A DNA stretch of 64,000 nt. Origin: Thermoplasmata archaeon (GTDB lineage: Archaea; Thermoplasmatota; Thermoplasmata; UBA10834). The notes beneath the pieces were generated by a model, which worked only from the letters and a program-made list of their open reading frames with translations, had not been told where the DNA came from and did not search any database. The stretch's first letter is position 1. Every line of letters begins with the position of its first letter. The translations under genes and the position numbers were made by a program. The stretch is from positions 1,902 through 65,901 of the forward strand of contig JAEHCN010000001.1 of assembly GCA_020696395.1 (NCBI GenBank), in the 5' to 3' direction. Of this stretch, positions 10,030-19,270 are shown one piece after another.

Positions 10030-10146
10030 TCAGCAGCCGTTCTTGGGGCGCATGCCCTCATCGTCCTGTGCACGTCTGTCCCTCACAACGACCAACCTGC
10101 ACTTGCGAACGCGTGCGACTACGGGCTTTCCGAAATGTACTTCCAA
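10030..10146 (-). CDS. Putative 38-aa small protein
   Basis: TTG after GTGTGGTG; TTTATATA box at 10225-10232 on the minus strand; fills an otherwise empty ~460-nt intergenic gap. Confidence 0.35.
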   Translation of the reverse strand: MEVHFGKPVVARVRKCRLVVVRDRRAQDDEGMRPKNGC

Positions 10147-10343
10147 ACACCACACGTCCTGAGCAACCGAGATCCTTCTTGCCCCGCTTCTTTCGGACCC
10201 TAACGCACTCGATAAATCTCGGAATATATAAAGGTTATATGTCTGCGCACACAAACGTGCATCAAGACGTTGCCAAAGTGTGATATATGGAACGCTGAAG
10301 GGCCAAGAGAACCGCGGTCATGCGCACTGCGCGCACGGTAAGG

Positions 10344-10856
10344 TCACTCCGCCCCCGTGTACTCCTCCGCTTTCTCCCTGACTCTCCCGAGCTCCCTTTC
10401 GAGCCAGGAGGCCTCGTCGTCGGTGGTCGCCCTCGTTACCTTCGCTGGGGTCCCCAGAGCCAGGGATTTCGGCGGGATCGTAGTCCCCGGAGCGACCACG
10501 CTGCCTGCAGCCACTATCGAACCCCTACCTAGCGTCACGCCGTCGAGGACTATTGCTCCTATGCCAATCAGCACGCAGTCTTCGACCGTGCACCCGTGCA
10601 GCCTCGCCCCATGGGAGATCAGGCATCCACGGCCAACCGTGACCGGCCCTCCTCTGGGTGCTTCGACGAACGATGCGTCCATAACCGCCGACCCCTTCCG
10701 GATGACGACTCGATCATCGTCTCCTCTCAGGATGGCACCTGGCCAGATAGTGACGTCATCTTCGAGAACGACCTCTCCAATCAGGATTGAATCACGGTCG
10801 ACATATGCGCTCGCTGGAATCTCCGGCTTCTTGTCCCTGTAGCTCCTGATGGACAT
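10344..10856 (-). CDS. Gamma-carbonic anhydrase/YrdA-like hexapeptide-repeat protein
   Basis: LIGEVVLEDDVTIWPGAILRGD, HGARLHGC, IGIGAIVLDG, GTPAKV. Confidence 0.9.
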   Translation of the reverse strand: MSIRSYRDKKPEIPASAYVDRDSILIGEVVLEDDVTIWPGAILRGDDDRVVIRKGSAVMDASFVEAPRGGPVTVGRGCLISHGARLHGCTVEDCVLIGIGAIVLDGVTLGRGSIVAAGSVVAPGTTIPPKSLALGTPAKVTRATTDDEASWLERELGRVREKAEEYTGAE

Positions 10857-11007
10857 CGCCGGGGAATCGGTGTTCGTGCGTTATTATGTTTCACATGGCA
10901 GACAGGGCCCTGCCGGACACATTTATTACCGCTGAGGTTCCATATCGGTGCACAACCCCCAACATTCGTATATCATTGCTTGTCCGGTTGGAATGGAGGA
11001 GCGTCTC

Positions 11008-12663
11008 GTGCCCGACGAAGTCATCGACGATGCGAACATGGACAGCGAAGTCTGTGCTTTGCTGATGGAGATCTGTGAAAGCCCGAATGCCGAGAGTGCC
11101 TATCCGTTGATCGCCTCGAGACTCAGGAGGCTGACGGATGCGGACTACGCCGGGATTCTCGTCTACTCGCCGGGGCATTCAGATGTGAAGTTCATCGGAT
11201 TGGACGGATTAGAGTCCGACAGCCTCGCCAAGCTGCCTCAGGTACTGGTCACTCCTGATGTCCGCGACCGTCTGGCGAAGAGCCCAAGAGGCACCGCGAT
11301 CTTGATTGACAGAGACGAGGATGTCCCCTCGGGAGCTCGGGATATGTACAGGGCCCTCGTCCTCGGAAGCGTGATAACGGGGCCGGTGTTCATCGGTGGA
11401 GAGCTGGTTGGGTTCCTGATCGTTGCCAGAACGAAGGAAAGACAGCGGTTCGCCGAGCCCGAGGTGAGGATCATCTCTTCGCTGTCTGTCTCAATGGCCT
11501 CCATTTTTAGTCACCTGAGAACGACCCACAGGCTCGCGAGGACGAAGGAGGCGACGGATAGGGTGCTGTCTGTGGCGCCGATAGGCCTGATGACCGTCGA
11601 CTCCAAAGGCATGATCCTGTCTGTCAACATGCACATGCTGGCCATCCTATCGAGCGAATCGGAGCAGGAACTGGTCGGAACGAACGTCTTCGAGATATCT
11701 GCTATAGTGAAATCCGGACTCGATGTTCTTTTCATGCAGGCGTTCGAAGGCAACGCCGGCGAGAAGAACGAAGTGCACTTCGTCCCCGTTCCCGACAAGG
11801 TGTTCTACCTCCATGTCAGGGTGGCGCCTGTCGTTTCCGAGACAGGTGACGTGGAGTCTGCCCTGTTGGTGGCCATGGATGTGACGTCGAACATACGTCT
11901 CCAGAGTCAGCTCGAGAGGTCGTACGAGAAGCTAATCCAGACTTATCAGGAGCTCGAGCGCGTGACCAAGATGAAGACGCAGTTCATTGACATCGTCTCC
12001 CACGAGCTGAGAACGCCCCTGACTGTCATGAGGGGGTATATCGACCTTCTGGAGGCGGAGTACGCTCCCATAGCTGAACCCAAGTTTTCGCACAAGCTCG
12101 AGAAGATACGGGCGAACACGGACAAGCTGTACGCACTTGTCGAGAGCATGCTCGACGTCAGCCGGCTTGAGAAGGGCACGCTGGAGATCAAAGTCGAACC
12201 TACGAAGGTCGACACCATCCTGGAGGAGGTTGTCAAGGCTCGGTCCCCCGACGCCGTGGAGAAGAAGCAGAGCATGTCCCTCGAGGTGGAGGGCGAGTTG
12301 CCGTTGATCAATGCCGACAGACGGAGGGTCAGGGACGTGTTCAACAACATCTTGGACAATTCCATCAAGTACACGGAAGAGGGCGGCAGGGTGCAGATAG
12401 GCGCGAGAGACGAGGGCAAGATGATACATGTATGGTTCAGGGACAACGGGGTCGGTATCCCGCTTGAGAACATCGGGAAGATATTCGACAGGTTCTATAT
12501 CGTGGCCAGCGATGATCTCTCGCACCAGGTGAACAGGATAGGCCTCAGCCTGCCGATATCGAAGGGCATAGTGGAGGCCCACGGCGGAAGTCTCTGGGTC
12601 GAGAGCCAGGTGGGGAAGGGCAGCGTGTTCCATGTCAGCTTACCCAAGGAGCCGTCTAGGTAG
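11008..12663 (+). CDS. Cytoplasmic GAF-PAS sensor histidine kinase
   Basis: H-box SHELRTPL, N-box NILDNSIKYT, DNGVGIP, FDRFY, GKGSVF; GTG start after GGAGG (alternative ATG 10993). Confidence 0.92.
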   Translation: MPDEVIDDANMDSEVCALLMEICESPNAESAYPLIASRLRRLTDADYAGILVYSPGHSDVKFIGLDGLESDSLAKLPQVLVTPDVRDRLAKSPRGTAILIDRDEDVPSGARDMYRALVLGSVITGPVFIGGELVGFLIVARTKERQRFAEPEVRIISSLSVSMASIFSHLRTTHRLARTKEATDRVLSVAPIGLMTVDSKGMILSVNMHMLAILSSESEQELVGTNVFEISAIVKSGLDVLFMQAFEGNAGEKNEVHFVPVPDKVFYLHVRVAPVVSETGDVESALLVAMDVTSNIRLQSQLERSYEKLIQTYQELERVTKMKTQFIDIVSHELRTPLTVMRGYIDLLEAEYAPIAEPKFSHKLEKIRANTDKLYALVESMLDVSRLEKGTLEIKVEPTKVDTILEEVVKARSPDAVEKKQSMSLEVEGELPLINADRRRVRDVFNNILDNSIKYTEEGGRVQIGARDEGKMIHVWFRDNGVGIPLENIGKIFDRFYIVASDDLSHQVNRIGLSLPISKGIVEAHGGSLWVESQVGKGSVFHVSLPKEPSR

Positions 12664-12695
12664 GTTTCTAATACATTCAGTTCTTCTCCGCCTCG

Positions 12696-13607
12696 ATGGA
12701 CCGCAGAGGCCACTCGACGGCGATCATGCTGACGGTGTTTGCCAGCCTGATATGGGGCACCTCCTTTCCGGGCGTGAAGTGGGGCCTCAACTTCGTGGGA
12801 AACGATATTCTCTTCCTTTGGCTGAGGTTCGCCGTCGCCACCGTCGTGACGCTCTCGATAGTGCTCTGGCTGAAGAAATTCTCGTTCTCTGTCCTGGGTA
12901 AGCCGGTCGTCTGGCTCATCGGAGGAGTCAACGCTGCGGCCTTCGTCACCCAGTACGTCGGCCTTAACTACACAACGGCATCCAAGACCGCCCTGCTGGT
13001 CGACATAAACGTTGTCGCGGTCGCGATAATATCATATTTCGTCTTCTCCGAGCGGATAGGCTCGAAACGAGCGTTCGGCATCGCCTCGGGGGTCGCAGGT
13101 GTAGTCATGATTACCGGTGAGGGGGGTTTCTCGTTCGATAGATCGGAATTTGTCGGCGACCTGTTGGTCTACGGATGCGGTTGGCTCTGGGCGCTCTTCA
13201 TCATCCTCAACAAGAAGATGCTTGCGCATTACTCTGCAGTGGAGCTGAGCTCCTCAGTGATCGTGACTTCCGCCGTCTGGCTCCTCATCCCGGTGACCTA
13301 TCTCTACTTCGCGGGGGCAGATTTCACGGTAGAGACGCCTGCATGGTTCGCCATCATATACCTAGGGGTGATCTGCACATCGGTCGCCATACTCCTCTGG
13401 GCCATGGGTCTTGAGGGCGTATCCGCGACTTCCTCCGCCACGATAATGCTGTTGGAGATAGTCACGGCTCTGGTCATATCGATGTCGCTCCTTGGGGAGA
13501 GCCTCGGACCCTTCGCAGCGATCGGCGCAGCCCTGGTGCTGGTCTCGGTCTATCTCGTGGCATCAGGAGATAGACGGTCCAAATCGACCACGATGGCACA
13601 CACTTAG
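12696..13607 (+). CDS. EamA/DMT-family transporter
   Basis: IWGTSF..VK, LRF, two 5-TM repeats, L.E.L motif. Confidence 0.9.
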   Translation: MDRRGHSTAIMLTVFASLIWGTSFPGVKWGLNFVGNDILFLWLRFAVATVVTLSIVLWLKKFSFSVLGKPVVWLIGGVNAAAFVTQYVGLNYTTASKTALLVDINVVAVAIISYFVFSERIGSKRAFGIASGVAGVVMITGEGGFSFDRSEFVGDLLVYGCGWLWALFIILNKKMLAHYSAVELSSSVIVTSAVWLLIPVTYLYFAGADFTVETPAWFAIIYLGVICTSVAILLWAMGLEGVSATSSATIMLLEIVTALVISMSLLGESLGPFAAIGAALVLVSVYLVASGDRRSKSTTMAHT

Positions 13608-13759
13608 CGTCACGTCTCCGCTCGCCCTCTGCGCCCTAGCGAAACCCAGAGCCTTCTCCATGTCCCCCCGTCTATCGTGCGACGCGTCAATCAGGAACTT
13701 GGCCTGCCGTTATCCGGAAAACCTCTTTATCGGGGGGATGCATAGACTGTCCGATTCAT

Positions 13760-15202
13760 ATGGCCCGAGAGGAGAAGCTAGCCGGAGTGTTCGACAGGAT
13801 CGACAGGGACAAGAGCAGACACATCTCCCGGATCCGACGTCTGTTGAGACAGCCCAGCTCGAGCCAGGAGGACCTGGGCATCGAGGAATGTGCAGAGCTC
13901 GTGGGCAAGATGTACTCCGAGGTCGGCTGCGAGAAGGTCGAGGTCGTCGAGACCAAAGGCAACCCAGTTGTCTACGGGGAGTGCAAGGGTAGCTCTGACA
14001 GGACGCTCCTCGCTTACTTCATGTACGACACCATGCCGTTCAACGAACCAGGGTGGAAGCACCCCGCGATGGGCGCGAAGATAGTCGACATGAACCTCCC
14101 CTCCGGCAAGGTCAAGTCCATCGTGAACCGGGGTGCGGACAACACCAAGGGACCGCTGGCTGCGTTCCTCAACTCGGTCGAGGCGTGCTGCAAGAGCGAG
14201 GGGAGGCCCCCGGTCAACCTTATCCTGATCGCCGAGGGAGAGGAGGAGCTCGGCAGCCCGAACCTGCCAGCGTACGTGAGGAAAGACAAGAAGCGTCTGT
14301 CGAGGTCCGATGCGTGCTATTTCCCCTTCTTCGGCCAGGAGGCCGCCGGAGGTTGCACTCATTTCCTGGGCGTGAAGGGCGTCGTGTACTTCGAGATGAC
14401 CAGCAGTGGGAAGCGCTGGGGCCGCGGTCCTCAGGAGTTTGCGATACACAGCGCCAACAAGGCCTGGGTGGACAGCCCGGTCTGGAGGCTCATCGACGCG
14501 CTGGGTACGATGTCCAAGGACAACGGCAACGAGATACTCATCGACGGTTTCCACGACGATGTGGCGCCCCCGTCCAAGGAGGAGAGAGGGCTGATCAAGG
14601 ACCTTGCGAAGCGGATCGACCCCGCAGGCTTCAAGAGAACGCTGAAGGTGAAGCGTTTCATGGCCCCCGACGACAGACCCGAGGAGCTGATGAACCTGTT
14701 CACCTTCGGCACGACGCTGAACATCGACGGCATCTGGGGCGGATACATGGAGAAGGGTTCGAAGACCGTCCTGCCTCACGAGGCCACGTGCAAGGTCGAT
14801 ATCAGGCTAGTCCCGAATCAGAAGAAGGAGAAGATGATGCCCCTCGTGAGACGACACCTGGACGCGCATGGTTATTCCGACATCATGCTCAAAGAGATCG
14901 ATACCGGGTACGACTGGTGTAGCATGAGCGTCAAGGCACCAATCGTTCAGGCCATGCTCCGCTGCTACAGGGCGTTCGGTCACAAGCCAGAGATCTGGCC
15001 GACCAGCGGAGGGGCAGTGCCGTTCTACGTCTTCAACCGCATACTCAAGTTGCCGTTCACGATGGGCGGGATCGGACACTCCGCGCTGCCGCACAGCCCG
15101 AACGAATACATGGTCATCCAAGGCAACAAGAAAGTGGCGTCCCTGACAGACACCGAGAAGTTCAATGTGCGGTTCATGGACGAGTTCGCACGAGGGAACT
15201 AG
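13760..15202 (+). CDS. M20-family peptidase/amidohydrolase (dipeptidase-like)
   Basis: RGADNTKG, EGEEELGS, KTVLPH, D.RLVP.Q, HSPNE. Confidence 0.88.
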   Translation: MAREEKLAGVFDRIDRDKSRHISRIRRLLRQPSSSQEDLGIEECAELVGKMYSEVGCEKVEVVETKGNPVVYGECKGSSDRTLLAYFMYDTMPFNEPGWKHPAMGAKIVDMNLPSGKVKSIVNRGADNTKGPLAAFLNSVEACCKSEGRPPVNLILIAEGEEELGSPNLPAYVRKDKKRLSRSDACYFPFFGQEAAGGCTHFLGVKGVVYFEMTSSGKRWGRGPQEFAIHSANKAWVDSPVWRLIDALGTMSKDNGNEILIDGFHDDVAPPSKEERGLIKDLAKRIDPAGFKRTLKVKRFMAPDDRPEELMNLFTFGTTLNIDGIWGGYMEKGSKTVLPHEATCKVDIRLVPNQKKEKMMPLVRRHLDAHGYSDIMLKEIDTGYDWCSMSVKAPIVQAMLRCYRAFGHKPEIWPTSGGAVPFYVFNRILKLPFTMGGIGHSALPHSPNEYMVIQGNKKVASLTDTEKFNVRFMDEFARGN

Positions 15203-16302
15203 AGGGCAGCCTTGTAGGCTTCGAGTGTGGTTTCTGCGGTTTCCGCCCACGAGAATCCAGCGACTCTCTCCCTACCCGCGGCACCCATTCTCGATCGCAT
15301 GTCCACGTCTCTGAGAAGGCCCGTGATAGCCTCCGCCAATCCGGCGGTGTCTCCGGGATCGACGAGTATGCCGTCGACCCCATCTCTGACGAGCTCCGGG
15401 ACTCCTCCAACCCTAGTCGCCACCGTCGGCTTCCCGCAGGCCATGGCTTCCATGAGCGAGAGTCCCCACCCCTCGTTCCTCGATGGCAGGGCGACCACGT
15501 CCGCATCTGAATAACACTGGAGCAGTTCGTCCTGATCTATCGATTGAAAGAACTCCACTGCATGGGCGACCCTCGCCCTATCGGCCAGCAGCCTGAACCA
15601 TTCCTCGGTGTCGATTCCTCTGAATCCAGTCTTCGCGACGACGCGCAGTTTCGCGTCAGGCAAGGTTTCGTGAATCTGCTCCATTGCCAGGATGAGATGC
15701 TCCAGACCCTTACGCGGCTCGAATCCTCCCACGAAGAGAACGGTCTGTTCCTCGGACCTTCTCTCGGGCAGGGCAGAGAACTCGTCGATGTCGATGCCGT
15801 TGTAGGCGATTTCGGACTCGAGGCCGTGTTCGCGCTCGAGAGCCTCCTTCCAGAAGGAGGAGACGACGAACCTGTGGTCCGCGTGTCTCACAGCCTTCTT
15901 CTCGAACTCGAACAACCGTGGCTCTGCGAAGTCGTCTATGTGATGGACCGTTCGGAAGACTGGAGCACGCAGTTGTCCGGCAGACTTCATCCTGTGCAGA
16001 GCGGTCCCGCCAACACAGTCCTGGGCATGGTATATGTCGGCATCGCCTGGCAGGGCCTTCGTATAGGCGCGGATCATCCGTTCAAGGCGTACCATGAGGT
16101 CCCCGTGCCACTCGAAAGAATGGATGCAATACGGAACTGCGACGCCTCGGTAGTAACCGTGGAGAGATAGGTCGTCGCCTTCCCTGGCCAGCGAGTGGAG
16201 GGTGACACCCACCCCCCTATTCATCAGATGCTCGGCGAGCTTCAGCGCATGCGCCACACCACCTCTCGCTCTCGTGCTGTATGTGAGCATTGCCACTTCC
16301 AA
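15199..16302 (-). CDS. Glycosyltransferase family 4, MSMEG_0565-like
   Basis: LTYSTRARGGVAHALKLAE, YHAQDC, RTVHHIDDF, EPRKG, EGWGLSLMEAMA; TTG start after GGGGG. Confidence 0.85.
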   Translation of the reverse strand: MEVAMLTYSTRARGGVAHALKLAEHLMNRGVGVTLHSLAREGDDLSLHGYYRGVAVPYCIHSFEWHGDLMVRLERMIRAYTKALPGDADIYHAQDCVGGTALHRMKSAGQLRAPVFRTVHHIDDFAEPRLFEFEKKAVRHADHRFVVSSFWKEALEREHGLESEIAYNGIDIDEFSALPERRSEEQTVLFVGGFEPRKGLEHLILAMEQIHETLPDAKLRVVAKTGFRGIDTEEWFRLLADRARVAHAVEFFQSIDQDELLQCYSDADVVALPSRNEGWGLSLMEAMACGKPTVATRVGGVPELVRDGVDGILVDPGDTAGLAEAITGLLRDVDMRSRMGAAGRERVAGFSWAETAETTLEAYKAAL

Positions 16303-16574
16303 CGCATCGCCCCCGTTCCTCGCCTGAGACCTCGAAGAACCTTCGTCGACAAAACTGTTTCCTCGGGCTGACGCTAGGCGGCTCCTGCACATATTTGGAC
16401 GTGGCGGTCCCGGCTCATAGGAGTCTTTCTCCGTGACTCGAGGTGTCATCCCCTCTCGTTGTCTGGGAAACGTTATTAAGGCCGGCGCATTTATCCCCGT
16501 GCTGAGGCTACCGGTTCACACCTCTGGTAACGCTGTGAACACCGTTTCGCCAGGGCTTGTGTACATAAACCGGA

Positions 16575-16689
16575 CGCTTCACCGGGGCGGCCGCTTCGGA
16601 AGGAATAGGCGGCGTGGAGGACAGCCTCCCCGGACTGAGATGGCACGCGCGGCGTTTACCTACGATATCTGCTTCAGGCGGAGTGAAGA
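16575..16689 (+). promoter_or_regulatory. Structured 5' leader of ppsA (candidate cis-regulatory RNA)
   Basis: Stems CTTCAC/GTGAAG (overlaps RBS), CCGGGG/CCCCGG, GCCGC/GCGGC, GGAGG-ACAG-CCTCC, CTGA/TCAG. Confidence 0.4.
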
Positions 16690-19134
16690 ATGCTAAACGG
16701 GCCGAAGGAACCACGCAACGAAACCAACGAGCATCTGCTATGGTTCGACCAGATTGGCCTGAACGACGTCTCCAAGGTCGGCGGGAAGAACGCCTCGTTG
16801 GGGGAGATGCTCAGGCATCTCGCTGACAAAGGGATACGCGTCCCTGAGGGTTTTGCAGTAACCACCAAAGCTTTCAGATGGTTCGTCGAGAGCGCGGGAC
16901 TCGGCGAGCAGATCAAAGATATTCTCGAGGGAGTCGACCCTGACGACCCATCGGACGTTTCCGAGAGGGGACTCAGGGTGCGCAGAGCGTTCCTGGATGC
17001 GGAGTTCCCGGGAGAGCTCAGGCGGGAGATCGCATACGGCTACTGGGAACTCGGCCGGAGGCTCGGTTTGCGCGACCCGAGCGTGGCGATCCGTTCGAGC
17101 GCAACCACTGAAGATCTTGATGGCGCCTCTTTCGCCGGTCAGCACGAGACGATACTCAATGTGAAAGGTGAGGCCGGTGTGCTGAAGGCGATGAGGCAGT
17201 GCTTCGCCAGCCTGTTCACCGACCGCGCAATAGCGTACAGGGCCCACATGGGATTCGGACAGCTGGGAAGCGCGCTCTCAGTGGGCGTACAGAGGATGGT
17301 CAGGAGCGACCGGGCATGCTCTGGTGTGATGTTCACGCTGGATACCGAGAGCGGCTTCGACAAGGTCGTCTACATAACTGGTTCCTGGGGCTTGGGGGAG
17401 ATGATCGTCCAGGGTGCCGTCAACCCCGACCAGTTCTACGTATTCAAGCCTGCCCTCGGCAGGTTCGACGACCCTATCGTCGAGAAGAAACTCGGCACCA
17501 AACAGCACAAACTGGTATACGCCTCCAAGGGCCATGGCATGATCGATATCGAGGTGCCCACCAAAGATAGACAGAGATTCGTTCTCGATGACGGTGAGAT
17601 AATCACGCTCGCCAAATGGGCGTGCATCATCGAGGAGCACTACAAGAAGCCCATGGACGTGGAGTGGGCCAAGGACGGTCTGACTGACGAGCTCTACATC
17701 GTTCAGGCCCGTCCCGAGACAGTCCACGCCGCCAAGGCGAAGGAGAGTGTGCTCGAGACGTTTGTGCTAGAGGAGCGGAGCGAAGTGCTCGTGCAGGGCG
17801 AGGCGGTCGGCCAGAAGATAGGCGCGGGTGTCGTGAACGTCCTTGAGAGCGCTTTCGAGATATCAGAATTCAAGAAGGGCGAGGTTCTGGTCACCGACAA
17901 GACCGATCCCGATTGGGAGCCCATAATGCGAATTGCGTCCGCTATAGTCGCCGACAGGGGCGGAAGGACCTGTCACGCAGCGATCGTCTCGCGAGAACTA
18001 GGGATCCCATGCATAGTCGGGGCGGGGAACGGCACCAGCGTGCTCAGCGACGGACAGAAGGTGACCGTGGACACGTCGGAGGGCGATGGACGCGTCTACG
18101 AGGGCGAGATCAAGTTCAGGATCGACAGGACCGACCTGTCCCATATGCCGTCGACCCGGACGAAGATATTCATGAATGTGGCCGTTCCCGAGCACGTCTT
18201 CATGCAGGGACAGGTCCCGTGCGACGGGGTCGGACTTGCCAGGCTCGAGTTCATCATAGCGTCGCACATCGGCATCCATCCGCTCGCGCTGGTAGAGTAC
18301 GACGAGCTCGTCAAGCGCGCGAAGGACGAGCCTGAGGTTGCGGAGATCGTCGCGAAGATAGACGAGCGGACCCACGGCTACGAGAGCAAGACGGACTTCT
18401 TCCTCGACAGACTTGCGTGGGGCGTGGGCAAGATTGCCGCGACGTTCTATCCGCGTGACGTGATAGTCCGAATGTCGGATTTCAAGACGAACGAGTATGC
18501 GAACCTCATCGGAGGTAAGCTGTATGAGCCTCTGGAAGCCAACCCGATGATCGGGTGGCGGGGCGCCGCACGCTACTACGACGAGAAGTTCAGCCCGGCC
18601 TTCGCCCTCGAGTGCGCCGCCCTGAAGAGGGTAAGGGACAGCAAGGGTCTCACCAACGTCAAGGTGATGATCCCGTTCTGCAGGACCCCGGACGAAGGTC
18701 GGAAGGTGATCGAGACCATGGCCGACTTCGGTTTGAGGCAGGGCGAGAACGGGCTGGAGGTCTATGTCATGTGCGAGATCCCCAGCAACGTCCTCCTGGC
18801 AGAGGAGTTCGCGGAGGTGTTCGACGGTTTCTCGATCGGATCGAACGACCTCACCCAGCTTACACTCGGTCTCGACAGGGACTCAGAGCTCGTATCGCAC
18901 CTGTATGACGAAAGGAATCCTGCGATAAAGAAGCTCATCACGATCGCTGTGAAGGCAGTCAAGGCGAAGGGGAAGAAGATAGGTATCTGTGGCCAGGCCC
19001 CGTCCGACTTTCCGGAGTTCGCTGAGTTCCTCGTTGAGCTCGGAATCGACAGCATATCCCTGAATCCCGATAGCGTGATCAAGACGAGACTCCTGATAGC
19101 CGAGAAGGAGAAGAAGCTTAGCCGAACTAAGTGA
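16690..19134 (+). CDS. ppsA: Phosphoenolpyruvate synthase
   Basis: VGGKNASLGEM, RSSATTED, SFAGQ, QARPETV, phospho-His GGRTCHAAIVSRE, SIGSNDLTQ, GICGQAPS. Confidence 0.97.
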   Translation: MLNGPKEPRNETNEHLLWFDQIGLNDVSKVGGKNASLGEMLRHLADKGIRVPEGFAVTTKAFRWFVESAGLGEQIKDILEGVDPDDPSDVSERGLRVRRAFLDAEFPGELRREIAYGYWELGRRLGLRDPSVAIRSSATTEDLDGASFAGQHETILNVKGEAGVLKAMRQCFASLFTDRAIAYRAHMGFGQLGSALSVGVQRMVRSDRACSGVMFTLDTESGFDKVVYITGSWGLGEMIVQGAVNPDQFYVFKPALGRFDDPIVEKKLGTKQHKLVYASKGHGMIDIEVPTKDRQRFVLDDGEIITLAKWACIIEEHYKKPMDVEWAKDGLTDELYIVQARPETVHAAKAKESVLETFVLEERSEVLVQGEAVGQKIGAGVVNVLESAFEISEFKKGEVLVTDKTDPDWEPIMRIASAIVADRGGRTCHAAIVSRELGIPCIVGAGNGTSVLSDGQKVTVDTSEGDGRVYEGEIKFRIDRTDLSHMPSTRTKIFMNVAVPEHVFMQGQVPCDGVGLARLEFIIASHIGIHPLALVEYDELVKRAKDEPEVAEIVAKIDERTHGYESKTDFFLDRLAWGVGKIAATFYPRDVIVRMSDFKTNEYANLIGGKLYEPLEANPMIGWRGAARYYDEKFSPAFALECAALKRVRDSKGLTNVKVMIPFCRTPDEGRKVIETMADFGLRQGENGLEVYVMCEIPSNVLLAEEFAEVFDGFSIGSNDLTQLTLGLDRDSELVSHLYDERNPAIKKLITIAVKAVKAKGKKIGICGQAPSDFPEFAEFLVELGIDSISLNPDSVIKTRLLIAEKEKKLSRTK

Positions 19135-19191
19135 AATGCCCACCCCTGCCATCGGCAGCTTCACTGAACACCGTCATCAGTATCGATAAAT

Positions 19192-19270
19192 GTCTACGCT
19201 CATTGAGCGTGGAGCTAGTTGGGCAACCATTATTTTCTCCCCACCTTTCCATCTGCCTGATGGATGGGTC
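19192..19270. terminator. Hairpins between convergent ppsA and MFS genes
   Basis: CTACGCTC-ATT-GAGCGTGG and CCATC/GATGG inverted repeats with a T-rich stretch. Confidence 0.35.

Noticed and set aside
9994..10035. Selenocysteine readthrough at GC-TGA of the 38-aa ORF
   Set aside because: Only 11 unremarkable codons follow; no recognisable SECIS and no sel genes in the window
13778..14779. Long antisense ORFs (also 19131-20078, 25638-26564, 28471-29569, 29604-30545, 39097-40077, 60540-62423)
   Set aside because: Shadow frames of well-supported genes, expected at high GC3, with no motifs
16303..16449. N-terminal extensions from the ORF track for GT4 (also purS to 34187, trmI to 35682, gcvPB to 51014, MBL to 54725)
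   Set aside because: Family homology and RBS/TATA placement support later starts
16630..16680. TPP riboswitch suggested by CTGAGA
   Set aside because: Lacks the following ACCC, ACCTGA and TAAT..GCG..GG elements, and ppsA is an unlikely context
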